Below, piece after piece: positions 55,801 to 63,339 of a stretch of 63,339 nucleotides of DNA (position 1 is the first letter of the stretch; each line of letters opens with the position of its first letter). The DNA lies in NCBI GenBank assembly GCA_020350785.1, contig CP070722.1:4020692-4084030 (forward strand), read 5' to 3'. This DNA is from Gemmatimonadota bacterium (GTDB taxonomy: Bacteria; Gemmatimonadota; Gemmatimonadetes; Palauibacterales; KS3-K002). The notes beneath the pieces are model-generated. The model searched no databases and was not told the origin of the DNA. It saw only the letters and a program-made list of their open reading frames with translations. The position numbers and the translations under genes are program-made.

Positions 55801-58305
55801 TCGCTTCAGCTGGAGCAGCTCCACGTGGGCCGCGTTCATTTCGCGGTCGACGAGCCAAACTTCTATGGGTTCGGCGAGGGCGGCGGCGGCGGCCTCCTCG
55901 GCAAGATCTGCGAAGTATTCGATCGCGCCGCGATACCAGTTAACCTGGCCGGCTTCCAGTACGCGCGCCCCATTCCAGACATTGTCGTGCAGCTCCCAGC
56001 ACTTCGCCTCCACCGTCCGAATAGCCCTTCGTGCGTCGCTGATGGCGTCGACCATCATCGCGGCGGCCGGCTCGACCCGCTCGCCTGTGCAGATATCTGC
56101 CATGGCGACATGCCAGTAGCTCTCCGCGATGCCGGGGACCGCTTTAAGTTTTCTTTCGGAGAGGACCCGGCGTAGCGCTCCGTCCGCCTCGGTATACACC
56201 TCGTAGGTCAAACGATGTTTGCCGAATCGCGTCCAATCCACATGCTGCGGCTCGATGCGCCAGCACGTCTCGCACTTCACGCAGTTCTCGAAGTTCACCG
56301 TCACGGAGGCGTGCAGTGTGCGATCGACGTTGATCTGATAGACCGCCGCCGGGCACACGGTCCAGAGTGCCGAGCGGCTTGGATCCTCAAGCTTCCCGGG
56401 CTCCTCAGGAGGGAAGAACACTTTGATGTGCGAGCCGTGCTCGCCTTCGTAGCTTATCTCGCCGAGCTTAGCGTCGTGCGTCTTGGCGATGGGGAGGCGA
56501 CCGGGCGTCATATCGGTGTGGGCGCGCCAGGCGGTCATCCAGCCGCCGTAGAACGTGGCCTCCTTCGCCGCAGGGACGAGCTTGCTTCGGCGGTGTCGTA
56601 TGACTTGGCTGAGGTTCTGGGCGGCGCGGGTCAGCGGAAGCCCGATCGCGCCCACGGCCGCGCCGAGTAGCTCCCAAAGCGAGAGGCGCCGCATGACGAT
56701 TCCCACGCAGCGATCCAGCTTCTGGGCGATCGGGACGCCGTCGTTGGAGTATAGTACGCCGGCAGCCCTGGAGAGCGCCGGCGTGAGGCGGGCGCCCAGC
56801 CAGCGCTTGTACCACGGCAGTTGCCCGGTCTTTTCGTCCTTGACCCAGAGGCTGAAGGTCAGATGGCCGTCAGCGCGGCCCCAGGCGAACGGTAGGAGTG
56901 CGAGCAACGTGTTGGGGATCGAGAGCAGCATTGCCAGCGGGGCGTGCTTCAGGACGAAGCGGCCCAGGTGCAGGGCTTTGGCGCCGCGGTTGAGGTCGCG
57001 ATAAGTGGCGAGCCAGTTACCCCTAAGCGTCTCGTAGAGCATGCGGGTGAGTTCCCACCACTTACGTGGGAGATTGAGCTGTGGACGGGTCAGGGTGTAA
57101 AGGGATCCGTTCAAGACGTCGATCTGTCGTCCGAAGAGGGCCTCGCTGTGCTCGATGAAGGCGGGCCAGTCTTGCAGGTGCTCGACGTCCTTGAAGTAGT
57201 TGCTGGACTTGACGCGATCGACGTACAACTGTTCTAGGCGCTCTCTGGATGGAGGCTGGTCGGCGGCGTGCAACTCGATGACGGCCTCGGCAAAGAGCTT
57301 GCCCATGGCGCAGGCCGGCCCTGTAAAATTGGGGTAGGGGAAGTCCACGCCGATGCCGGTGGCCGCGCCGCCGACGGCCACGCCGTCGTCCACCAACTCG
57401 GGCAACTCCTTGATGCCGCCGCCGCGAATGATTTTTGCTCCGTACGATGTGGACTCCCCGCCCTCGATGAGACGCTTAATCGGCGGCAGCCCCTTGTACC
57501 ACTCCATCAAGCTGTTGTAGTCGCCACCGAAGTGAGCGAGGTTGTCGAGGGGTAGGACGAGGCCCAATGAGATGCTGGAGCGGTTGGTGTAGATGAAGCC
57601 GGCCATATTGAGGCGAACCGTCTTGCCATCCAGAGCGCCGTTCCGCAGAAGAACTTCGTAACAGGCGCCCTCATCATTGCGGAGGTCGAAGCGTTCCTCG
57701 ATGATGCGCGGGTCGAGCTGGATGACCTCCTTTACCCCTTGAAGAAAGGCAGGCTGCCCGCTCTGCTTGGAGCGAACGTAATCGCGCTCGAACCCCTCCT
57801 TGCTGACGAGATGCGCGGCATCGCCCTCGGCGAGGAACACGACATCGCTGTAGAGGGGTCCGCGGTCCGTGTTCACCCCGATCACGCGGCCGGCGCGGCG
57901 GATCAGCCCGTCGACGGTGGTTTCGGTGAGCAAGGTGACACCGAGTTGGCGGGCGCGTTCGGCCAGGTAGCGGTCGTAGACGGGGCGCAGTACGGTGTAG
58001 CAGTGGCGGAAAGCCTCGGGATTGCGGTATACGGCGCCGGCGAGCGTGAGTCCGTTGGTGGCGAAGAAGCCGCGCTTGACGACGCGTCGCTCGTACGGCG
58101 CCGCCAGCAACTCGGCTTCGCCGAATACGTTGGGATCAGCCAGCCCCTCGGCGAAATACACGGCGCCCGACCAGTTCTCGGCACCCGGGTAGACGGCGGC
58201 CTCTACGACCAGGACGTCCAGCTTCTGACGTGCGGCCCGCAGCGCAGCGGTGACGCCGGCGGGTCCGCCCCCGACGACGATGATATCCCACAGCTTCTTG
58301 CCCAT
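49837..58305 (-). CDS. 2822-aa fusion: FixC/ETF-QO-like flavoprotein + [4Fe-4S] ferredoxin + degenerate acyl-CoA dehydrogenase + acyl-CoA dehydrogenase + EtfB + EtfA
   Basis: IIVVGGGPAG and FLAEG (FixC); CPAAVY..CVKCETC (C651, C675/678/681); R.QF and Q..GG (ACAD1); AFALTEPSAGSD, LNGAKMWITN, IYEGTNEIQ (ACAD2); DRRALKLAL, ALAAGAD (EtfB); GATR..W....QIGQTG..V.P....LGVSGAPQH (EtfA). Confidence 0.9.
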   Translation of the reverse strand: MGKKLWDIIVVGGGPAGVTAALRAARQKLDVLVVEAAVYPGAENWSGAVYFAEGLADPNVFGEAELLAAPYERRVVKRGFFATNGLTLAGAVYRNPEAFRHCYTVLRPVYDRYLAERARQLGVTLLTETTVDGLIRRAGRVIGVNTDRGPLYSDVVFLAEGDAAHLVSKEGFERDYVRSKQSGQPAFLQGVKEVIQLDPRIIEERFDLRNDEGACYEVLLRNGALDGKTVRLNMAGFIYTNRSSISLGLVLPLDNLAHFGGDYNSLMEWYKGLPPIKRLIEGGESTSYGAKIIRGGGIKELPELVDDGVAVGGAATGIGVDFPYPNFTGPACAMGKLFAEAVIELHAADQPPSRERLEQLYVDRVKSSNYFKDVEHLQDWPAFIEHSEALFGRQIDVLNGSLYTLTRPQLNLPRKWWELTRMLYETLRGNWLATYRDLNRGAKALHLGRFVLKHAPLAMLLSIPNTLLALLPFAWGRADGHLTFSLWVKDEKTGQLPWYKRWLGARLTPALSRAAGVLYSNDGVPIAQKLDRCVGIVMRRLSLWELLGAAVGAIGLPLTRAAQNLSQVIRHRRSKLVPAAKEATFYGGWMTAWRAHTDMTPGRLPIAKTHDAKLGEISYEGEHGSHIKVFFPPEEPGKLEDPSRSALWTVCPAAVYQINVDRTLHASVTVNFENCVKCETCWRIEPQHVDWTRFGKHRLTYEVYTEADGALRRVLSERKLKAVPGIAESYWHVAMADICTGERVEPAAAMMVDAISDARRAIRTVEAKCWELHDNVWNGARVLEAGQVNWYRGAIEYFADLAEEAAAAALAEPIEVWLVDREMNAAHVELLQLKRDLEAATANVRQHASANRFFAAVADARQIRDHHLRGMKTCIERIAGACLIPEEYPDPVTELRSLEVPSAEREAGRQALRERLAAGFDRLAVRRLEHGGTLEQAEIELLRFIARLGLGAIEHEAAARWQFVARQDVLAELARVDSSMATIVAAHLAGVEALERGGAPDHLLRTLRSGDRLTAVAFEVEAEPGVDGWQGELPFVPLAVAESIVARGGGRVALFEFGDTAVTTEQTPAIGLTGAAIGCVTLASARPVWEADWSPSDEAALFGLRARDVASIAYGAGSLLSERTVDHARGRIQFPDMFQDVDGRDAIGKFGAVRAHIAHIEAGRLALETLLLDTPWADLDPVLEMLLGKVAVTTIFGPDMPSITYRAGQVIGGTAFSEDDVFSKIYRDSSVLPHYIRENPLLQIEIGECLSAGAGPLLGTIASDIPAALDVMERKPILDFEARRIRAAETELSRALRQALEQADVPSARQAVHDIVGEVATSLYIWARLLVRAHRRLEGALPAQRHVEAAQLWADLVEERLVDLDDELAAVAGRVELGGLAFQLDGYPDTPVATDDLDFDYQRDIVGGQRGYRSGAFLLEPLNLEERRYLPELLWADTSLRSQYEEYLQLFRRRYVEAAWQPSFERYVERLHYIPREEIDWSLEQGHFRVPIPQEYGGQGRWKADYYNLCMVAKRLADISNTLTIQASYSIGTTPMLLGLDEVKVAERDLQAAVDQPAAVQEIADGIRRILAMMKRPDFEQLKQAYIALDKEVRGKLSRSRILKKVVFSKFLSSWQKGGMAGLKGDLHGFAKGLEKALAALEGWQERASAELAEMPRRRLAHEFYLRLISARAISAFALTEPSAGSDTARIRTDAHLDSRRVHTDADGVKYFYLDEEAEEGRRNIAELQRFEFDRSKILYRYSDAAEPAEVQSLEFSYDEGEEKYRYFTIGDRRIDIHDMALIRERDGAEYYEFYVLNGAKMWITNAHIAAVEAIYARTPVGVTGFMVDALTEGFLVGKDEEKTGQRGSCTNEITLTNVRIPRECVIGIEGRGQENALETLNVGRTGLCISSAASIQQAIGDVTAYLADLPRKSQGWARYRLGLALEEMFVIESLAYDLIGLYDDKTSDMPRIESSVGKLFGTDGLHRNLHYLEPLYGIQGQLQRYRIEKDRRDARVMTIYEGTNEIQQFLLLKDLVDMIGPAIEKLEGLAPVVSDSPYKSEIEIFNEMLSALHERVKLTRGRYKSAAWQRALLQPIFFRLSRMVAVIKAVDTVIRRADWISGNLTAEGDAVRRAWCDGAARGFVSHARREFSRLVRSFDRDVETLTTCGRTAELRLAETVFDESDAAPSAPTTTDAVPRDAIDQDLKIVLVPELTPALAPRPRLEAGRLVEHVFKFSAGDRRALKLALELKRAAPERVRVTLVCAAPLVAEDSLRFALAAGADEAILLDTGGESYSEQAAAAAIVDLLRARGIELHLLLASASEDGPSEGRLGLRLADLLALQRAPGVTDLWVGGGALTCASDRFPDIIRLDLPCVGAVSGTGAHSNWDFDTLGFNRALEQPVHVASFPAQAERSDELLAGAAATAGIERAEDSGSVDRDRAAAVLIEVGDLGDGTRATAGTPYRDGIREAAAESLDWSGVLFIAELEDEELARSARAPLAAAESIAAHNDAPLSVLVLSQPLSDAQRRAAAGQLLALAPLTRLVFAEHAALGSSAQPAYAEALIQLLGPDTHTRPDYLLTSAWLADALPALGDALRAAGLSAEEVPGVNRVDYGDGDGIAFVRPVHERRLRATRHRPARGNGMRILWCEPEVSAAESGRLAAAQAEVLTIQLRLDYDPERDRIARALAEAKEALGVVSLQNAEFVIDVGAGLGSVDNLETLVEPLRQTLIRLGAPHVLIGATRKVTMDLSWLPDEHQIGQTGVRVNPRVMIALGVSGAPQHLDWVGDRAVIFAFNMDPQAPLMTLNQRRERPKVYPVVGDLFKTLPKFIAALNARVARTP

Positions 58306-58495
58306 TGGCGCTCGATCTGTTGAGGGTGCGACGCAGGCTTCCCGCTTGGCCGGGGGAAGCGCGGGGGCCGGACGAGGTCAGTATCAAGTCGGTCGGGGCG
58401 GGATCGCGCCGCCCTGCGCGGCGCGCCGCGATGCTACCAAACTAGGGAATCTGTGGCTGGCGGCCAATATCGACTTCGCCAGGCCGGGTCGCGCT

Positions 58496-59005
58496 TTATC
58501 GTGGCCGAGTCGCGGCCGAGCCTGCCGGTACCGGCTCGCGGATCAGTGAGTCGCTAACTTTGCCGAGCTCCCGAGCGATGTCGAGGGCGGAATCAGCGAC
58601 TTGATTGTGGAGGGCGACGATATCACGACAGGCTTGCCAGTGAGACCTCAAGGTGTCGCCTGCCGCAGCCCGGGCCGGAATTCCACGGTTGTAAGCCCGA
58701 AAGGCTTGCAGGTAGGAGTCGTAGCTCTCGGCCGGCACTCCGGCTGGATCGAGACCTTCGTAGTGCTCGATGAGGTTACGGAGCGAGTCGAACCGGGCAT
58801 CGCTGGCGCGCAGCTGTTCCTCCTCCAGTTCCAGGGCCGCGAGACAGGAGTCGGCGGCGGTGCGCAGGTTTGAGAGTTCCTCGCGCAGGAGGCGGAGGCG
58901 TTGAGCAGGTGGAACAGGCGTCAGCAGGTCGATCGTGACGATAGCGACGAACACGACCACGGAGATCGTGAGCATCACGACAAACGGTCTTGAGGGTGCT
59001 GGCAT
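58496..59005 (-). CDS. Hypothetical protein with N-terminal TM anchor and coiled coil
   Basis: FVVMLTISVVVFVAIVTIDLL TM followed by heptad-rich LRLLREELSNLR..LELEEEQL; start ATG 59005. Confidence 0.6.
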   Translation of the reverse strand: MPAPSRPFVVMLTISVVVFVAIVTIDLLTPVPPAQRLRLLREELSNLRTAADSCLAALELEEEQLRASDARFDSLRNLIEHYEGLDPAGVPAESYDSYLQAFRAYNRGIPARAAAGDTLRSHWQACRDIVALHNQVADSALDIARELGKVSDSLIREPVPAGSAATRPR

Positions 59006-59119
59006 ATTGGTCTTTGATAGTTTCCAACTGGACTTCCGGTTGCACAAATAGCGCCGGGCTTCGGCTCATGCGCAACCCCGGGCGGAGAACTGCGAGCGGG
59101 CGGCCAGAGGAGGCGGGAT

Positions 59120-59821
59120 TTGAGTAAGGTGGTGACGAGGGAACTCGAGGAACTGCAGTCACGAATCGTGCGCTGCCGGCGCTGCGCGCGCCTGGTGTCC
59201 TGGCGTGAGGAGGTGGCGCGGCAGAAGCGTGCCGCGTTCGCAGATTGGGAGTACTGGGGCCGACCGGTGCCGGGGTTCGGTGATCCGGTGGCTTGGCTGC
59301 TGATCGTGGGGCTGGCTCCCGCCGCGCACGGCGCCAATCGCACCGGCCGCATGTTCACGGGCGACCGTTCCGGTGATTTCCTCTACGCCGCGTTGCATCG
59401 GGCCGGCCTGGCGAGCCAGGCCGAGTCGAAGAGCCGCGACGATGGTCTCGAGTTGAGTGGCGTCTATATCACCGCGACCTTGCGCTGCGCTCCGCCCGCC
59501 AATCGGCCTGCGGCGCAAGAGCGCGACAACTGTCGAGACTTCTTGGAGCGCGAGCTCGACCTTCTGGGCGGAACGAGGGTAATACTCGCTCTGGGCGGTT
59601 ACGCGTTTGATCAAGTCCTGCGCGTGCTCCGAGGGCGCGGCAGCGAGTTGCCGTCGCCGCTGCCCGGGTTCGCCCACGGCCGCACGGTCGAAGTGGGCCC
59701 GGTCGGCCCGTTGATCATCGCCAGCTACCATCCAAGCCAACAGAACACGTTCACGGGCAAGCTAACGCCACGAATGCTCGACGAGGTCTTGGTAAGAGCG
59801 AAAGCAGCGGCGGAAGGATGA
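59120..59821 (+). CDS. udgB: Uracil-DNA glycosylase family 5 (UdgB-like, Fe-S)
   Basis: CRRCARL, GLAPAAHGANRTGRMFTGD.SG, CAPPAN, NC, SYHPSQQNT; GGAGG before the TTG start. Confidence 0.92.
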   Translation: MSKVVTRELEELQSRIVRCRRCARLVSWREEVARQKRAAFADWEYWGRPVPGFGDPVAWLLIVGLAPAAHGANRTGRMFTGDRSGDFLYAALHRAGLASQAESKSRDDGLELSGVYITATLRCAPPANRPAAQERDNCRDFLERELDLLGGTRVILALGGYAFDQVLRVLRGRGSELPSPLPGFAHGRTVEVGPVGPLIIASYHPSQQNTFTGKLTPRMLDEVLVRAKAAAEG

Positions 59822-60043
59822 GCGACGGGGCTCGTGGGTCGGATCGAGCCACAAAATCGGCGCTGAACGTGAGAGGCCCCGGCGGCGTATCAAGAAGAGA
59901 TGTCGTTGCGGCCCGGTTTGCCCGAGCGTGCGCGGAAACGTAGTGGGCAGCGATATTCAGGCAGGGCTCCGCGAGGTCGCGCGACCCGGAGCTGGCTGTC
60001 AGACCTAGGCGTTCGGGCTCTTAATCGAGATGGCAATGGAGAA

Positions 60044-62563
60044 ATGAGCAGCGAAGAGAGGGTTCAGGAAGACAAGTCCGGTCGCAAGGTACCGCGCTGG
60101 ATTCTGTTCGTGGCCGGTGTTTTTGCGGTACTCGTACTCGCTGGATTCGCGGCGGCGAAGTTGCTTTTTCCGCCTGAGAGGCTGCGAGCGATGGTCGTGC
60201 CGCGCATCGAGGCGCGCATAGGGCGGCAGGTCGAGCTATCGGCGATCCGGCTACGCTTGTTGCCTCGCGTCGCCGTCCGCCTGGAAGATCTGGCGATCGC
60301 CAGCCCACCCGAGTTCGGGCCGGAGCCGGCGCTGCGTATGGAGGCGCTGGACCTGCAGTTGAGAGTGCTTCCCTACCTGCTCCGCCGCGAGGTAGTGCTT
60401 GACCGGCTGCGAGTGCGGCGCCCGGAGATCCGCTACGTAGTGCTCTCCGACGGTCTCAGCAATTTCACGGGCCTGGGCCCGGCGGCGGCGGAGTCGGCGG
60501 AGGCGGAGGGCGGAGCGTCTGGCGCGGGTCTGGTGGTCAGTGACCTCAGGCTGGAAGAGGGAACGATCGAGTATCTCGATCAGCGGACGGGCCGCTCGGC
60601 GCGCCTGAATGTCGATGCACGAGTCTCGGCGGATCGTGATCCGGCCGAGCCGCGGGGGTTGCGGAGCCGTGGCGCGATCGAACTGAGCTCACTGCGCGCT
60701 TTGGCCCCCAATTTCGGATCGGACACGCTCCATCTGCCTGATTTGGAGATCACGTATGGCCTGCTGGCAGATCTTGCCGGGGATAGTGCCGCGCTTCAGG
60801 AGCTCGAAGTGCTTGCCGGTGGGCTGCCGCTGAGAGGTGGCGGTGCACTGAGAGGTCTGCGTGGCGACAGGGAGATCGATTTCAGGATGGAATCGGGAGA
60901 GGTCGATATCGCGAGAATCTTGGGGAGCCTTCCGCCGACGCTCAGACGCGAGGATCTGCAAGCTTCGGGTCTGGCGCGGGTGTCGGTCCGTGTCTTCGGT
61001 CGGCTGGCCGGGGGTGCGAAGCCGGAGGTCGACGGGACGATCGATCTGCAGGAAGTCGCGGCCGGCCTGGCGGATCGCGGGACTATTCTGACGAACGGTT
61101 CAGGAACCATAGGATTTGACGCGGGCGCACTGTCTTTGCCGAGTTTCAAGGGTGATCTACTGGGCCGCCCTTTCACGCTACGCATGGACGTGTCCAATTT
61201 TTCGGCCCCCAAGGTCGAGGGACACGTAACCGGAGGGGTGGCGCTGGCGCAGCTGGCGGAGCTACGCGGGCAGGCCATGCCGGCTGAAGGTGACATCACC
61301 TTCGACGTCGACTTCGCCGGACCGGTTCGCGAGCCGAGCGCTCTGCGCGTGACGGGTCCCATAGGGCTGCGCGAGGTGCAGTACCGGACCGAGGCGCTGG
61401 CCGTACCCGCTCGCATCCCGGCGGCGACCGTGCGCCTGACGGGGACGGGTATCGCTGCCGAGGGCATGGCGATCCAGCTCGGCCGCAGCGATCTCACGCT
61501 GACGTTCAACGGCCCAGGCCTGCTGGCCTATGCGTTGAGCGATGAGCAGGTCGGCAGCGTACCGGCCATCGAGTTCTCGATGCGATCGCGGCTCCTTGAT
61601 GCCGGCGAGCTGCTTTCCGACACGGCTGTGGGTTACGGAGCCCTGTTCGCGGCGCGCCTCGCGGGCAAGCGGATCGACGGAAGAGATCCCCGTGAAATAG
61701 CCCGCGAGCGCTACAAGGTGCCGGACCTCACCAGACTGCGTGCCAGCGGTCACATCGAGATCGCCGAGCTGCTGAACCCGCCTACGCGCGGTGAGAACCT
61801 CAGCCTTGACCTCGAGCTAGCCGGCGGCGTGCTGGAGGCGAAGAACCTGGCCGGGCGCCTCTATGACGGCGAGTTGGGCGGCGGTCTGAGCATCGACCTG
61901 AGCGACGCGGCGGGACCGTACCCGGCGCGCTACGACATCCGGCTGAGCGGCGCGCGGGCCGGCGCCTTCCTGGAGCGCTGGACGCGGTTGGGACAGGCCG
62001 TGACCGGGCAGCTGGATCTCTTGATCAGGGGCAGCGCGCCCCTGGAGGAAGGACTGCTTCCGACGGCTGAGGCGATCGAGGCAGCTGGGAGGGCGACGGT
62101 GAGCGAGGGGCGTCTCGGGGAGCTGCCTCTGGCTCGGATGTTGATCGACAAACTCAAGTTCGATGCGCAGACTTTGTCTGACTTTACGCAGCTGGGTGGC
62201 GGTTTCACGATCGAGAATGGTGCGTTCGTGCTGGATGATTGGGGATACGCGGCTGAGGACCTCAGCGCGACGATCACGGGATCCGCGGGGTTGGACGGTC
62301 GGCTGAGCCTGGGTCTGAACATGGAGGTACCTCCATCGTTGCTCCAGAGAGCGGGTCTAGTGGAGAGCGGCGGGCCCCTCGGCGATGCTTTGCGAGCGCT
62401 GGTGGGTGAGGACCAGGCGTTTCAACTTGCCGTTGGTGTCGGCGGCACCATGGCGAACCCGGCGGTTCAGGTCGACACCGAGGCGCTCCAATCCGAGCTG
62501 GAGAGACGGCTGCAGGGGGAAGGCAAAGATCTGCTGCGGCGTTTAATCAAGCCTCCCAAGTAG
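60044..62563 (+). CDS. AsmA-like family protein
   Basis: N-terminal TM then IE..IGRQV....I.LRLLP.V.V.LEDLAI; repeated beta-taco segments; C-terminal LSATITGSAGLDG.L.L. Start ATG 60044. Confidence 0.85.
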   Translation: MSSEERVQEDKSGRKVPRWILFVAGVFAVLVLAGFAAAKLLFPPERLRAMVVPRIEARIGRQVELSAIRLRLLPRVAVRLEDLAIASPPEFGPEPALRMEALDLQLRVLPYLLRREVVLDRLRVRRPEIRYVVLSDGLSNFTGLGPAAAESAEAEGGASGAGLVVSDLRLEEGTIEYLDQRTGRSARLNVDARVSADRDPAEPRGLRSRGAIELSSLRALAPNFGSDTLHLPDLEITYGLLADLAGDSAALQELEVLAGGLPLRGGGALRGLRGDREIDFRMESGEVDIARILGSLPPTLRREDLQASGLARVSVRVFGRLAGGAKPEVDGTIDLQEVAAGLADRGTILTNGSGTIGFDAGALSLPSFKGDLLGRPFTLRMDVSNFSAPKVEGHVTGGVALAQLAELRGQAMPAEGDITFDVDFAGPVREPSALRVTGPIGLREVQYRTEALAVPARIPAATVRLTGTGIAAEGMAIQLGRSDLTLTFNGPGLLAYALSDEQVGSVPAIEFSMRSRLLDAGELLSDTAVGYGALFAARLAGKRIDGRDPREIARERYKVPDLTRLRASGHIEIAELLNPPTRGENLSLDLELAGGVLEAKNLAGRLYDGELGGGLSIDLSDAAGPYPARYDIRLSGARAGAFLERWTRLGQAVTGQLDLLIRGSAPLEEGLLPTAEAIEAAGRATVSEGRLGELPLARMLIDKLKFDAQTLSDFTQLGGGFTIENGAFVLDDWGYAAEDLSATITGSAGLDGRLSLGLNMEVPPSLLQRAGLVESGGPLGDALRALVGEDQAFQLAVGVGGTMANPAVQVDTEALQSELERRLQGEGKDLLRRLIKPPK

Positions 62564-62678
62564 AGGCCGCGAAGGTTGCGAGAGGGGAGGGGCCAGCCCA
62601 TCTTGCGCAGTTTATCGGCCGGCCCTGCGGGCCCGGCGCCGTGCGGTGTTGATCAGGAGATCAAGGAGATTAACAACG

Positions 62679-63035
62679 ATGAACGACACCTGGCTACGTG
62701 AACTGCTGGCCGCGATCGATGCCAAGGATCCCGACGGTTTCGTCTCGTTCCTCACCGATGAGGCGATTTTCCGCTACGGAAGTCAGGAACCCGTTCGCGG
62801 AAAGCCGGCGGTCCGGGAGTATGTTGCCGGTTTCTTCGGCATGGTGGAGGCGCTACAGCACAGCGTGTTGCGCACGTGGAATGGAAAGGACTCTCTCGTC
62901 TGCCAGGGCGAAGTTACCTACACCAAGCACGGTGGGGAGAAGGTTACCGTGCCGTTCACCAACATCTTCGATCTTGAAGGCGATAAGGTCAGGGACTACC
63001 TGATCTATGTCGATCCGTCCCCGCTGATGGGCTGA
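62679..63035 (+). CDS. SnoaL-like / NTF2-fold protein
   Basis: AIDAKD.DGF..FLTDEA.F.YG...PV.G, FTNIFDLEGDKV..Y.IY.D; AAGGAG RBS. Confidence 0.85.
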   Translation: MNDTWLRELLAAIDAKDPDGFVSFLTDEAIFRYGSQEPVRGKPAVREYVAGFFGMVEALQHSVLRTWNGKDSLVCQGEVTYTKHGGEKVTVPFTNIFDLEGDKVRDYLIYVDPSPLMG

Positions 63036-63064
63036 GTCCGGTTTTCTGGGAGAGTGAGACTTGG

Positions 63065-63097
63065 CGGCGGCCCGGGCGCGTGAGGCCCGGGCCGCCG
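63065..63097. terminator. Hairpin between convergent genes
   Basis: cggcggcccgggc-gcgtgag-gcccgggccgccg, a perfect 13-bp stem. Confidence 0.65.
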
Positions 63098-63133
63098 TGT
63101 CTCTTGAGAGCCTCGAGCTGGGCTCGTCGAGCC

Positions 63134-63337
63134 CTAGAAGTTCTTGTCGCCGCTGGCGCCTGCCGCGCCGGCGTTGCCACCGGCAGCCGCCGTACCGCCC
63201 GCTCCGCCGTTGCCAGCCGTGAGCGCGCTGGAGGCATCGATCTGAATGGTCGAGCTGCCTGAGCGGTAGACGGCGTAGGAGACACCACCGCCGCCGCCGC
63301 CACCGGGGCCGCCCGCGCCGCCGGAGCCGCCTGCGAT
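63134..63337 (-). CDS. 3' end of a glycine-rich (PGRS-like) protein, truncated by the window edge
   Basis: Manual translation: IAGGSGGAGGPGGGGGGGVSYAVYRSGSSTIQIDASSALTAGNGGAGGTAAAGGNAGAAGASGDKNF-stop; not in the ORF track. Confidence 0.75.
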   Translation of the reverse strand: MAGGSGGAGGPGGGGGGGVSYAVYRSGSSTIQIDASSALTAGNGGAGGTAAAGGNAGAAGASGDKNF

Positions 63338-63339
63338 TC

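Noticed and set aside
49837-58305. Nitrogen-fixation role implied by FixC/FixX/FixAB similarity
   Set aside because: No nif genes, the ETF lacks bifurcation-type beta motifs, and embedded ACAD domains indicate acyl-CoA oxidation.
1-63339. Exosortase, PEP-CTERM proteins, tRNA/rRNA, transposases or integrases
   Set aside because: None recognised by eye; absence within this window says nothing about the rest of the genome.

Overview
GC-rich bacterial window; gene content and arrangement suggest Gemmatimonadota (inference, not verified). Positions 1 to ~42.1 kb are one large surface-polysaccharide locus. It encodes export/assembly functions (type IV ABC exporter, Wzy/O-antigen-ligase-like protein, Wzc, SLBB/Wza-like protein, priming phosphoglycosyl transferase, WecB), six GT2/GT4 enzymes, one GT-C and an NtrC-type regulator. 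Its tailoring set is unusually rich: two sulfotransferases, three deacetylase-like proteins, an ATP-grasp ligase next to AsnB, a CapA-like protein and a lyase-like lipoprotein. It also holds two mirror-image acyl-carrier modules, GNAT-ACP-LarA-like-adenylating enzyme and FkbH-ACP-GNAT. Downstream are a radical SAM/DedA pair, a double zinc-ribbon protein, a serpin lipoprotein and a 7xIg + 7xRCC1 lipoprotein. A single 2822-aa ORF follows that fuses an ETF-QO/FixC-like oxidoreductase, a [4Fe-4S] ferredoxin, two acyl-CoA dehydrogenase domains (one degenerate, one intact), EtfB and EtfA, i.e. a whole acyl-CoA-to-quinone electron chain in one polypeptide. The window ends with family-5 UDG, an AsmA-like protein, a SnoaL-like protein and the 3' end of a Gly-rich gene. 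The strongest novelty candidates are the giant fusion and the twin carrier-protein modules. No CRISPR, rRNA, tRNA or mobile element was recognised. All assignments come from motif reading by eye; no searches were run.
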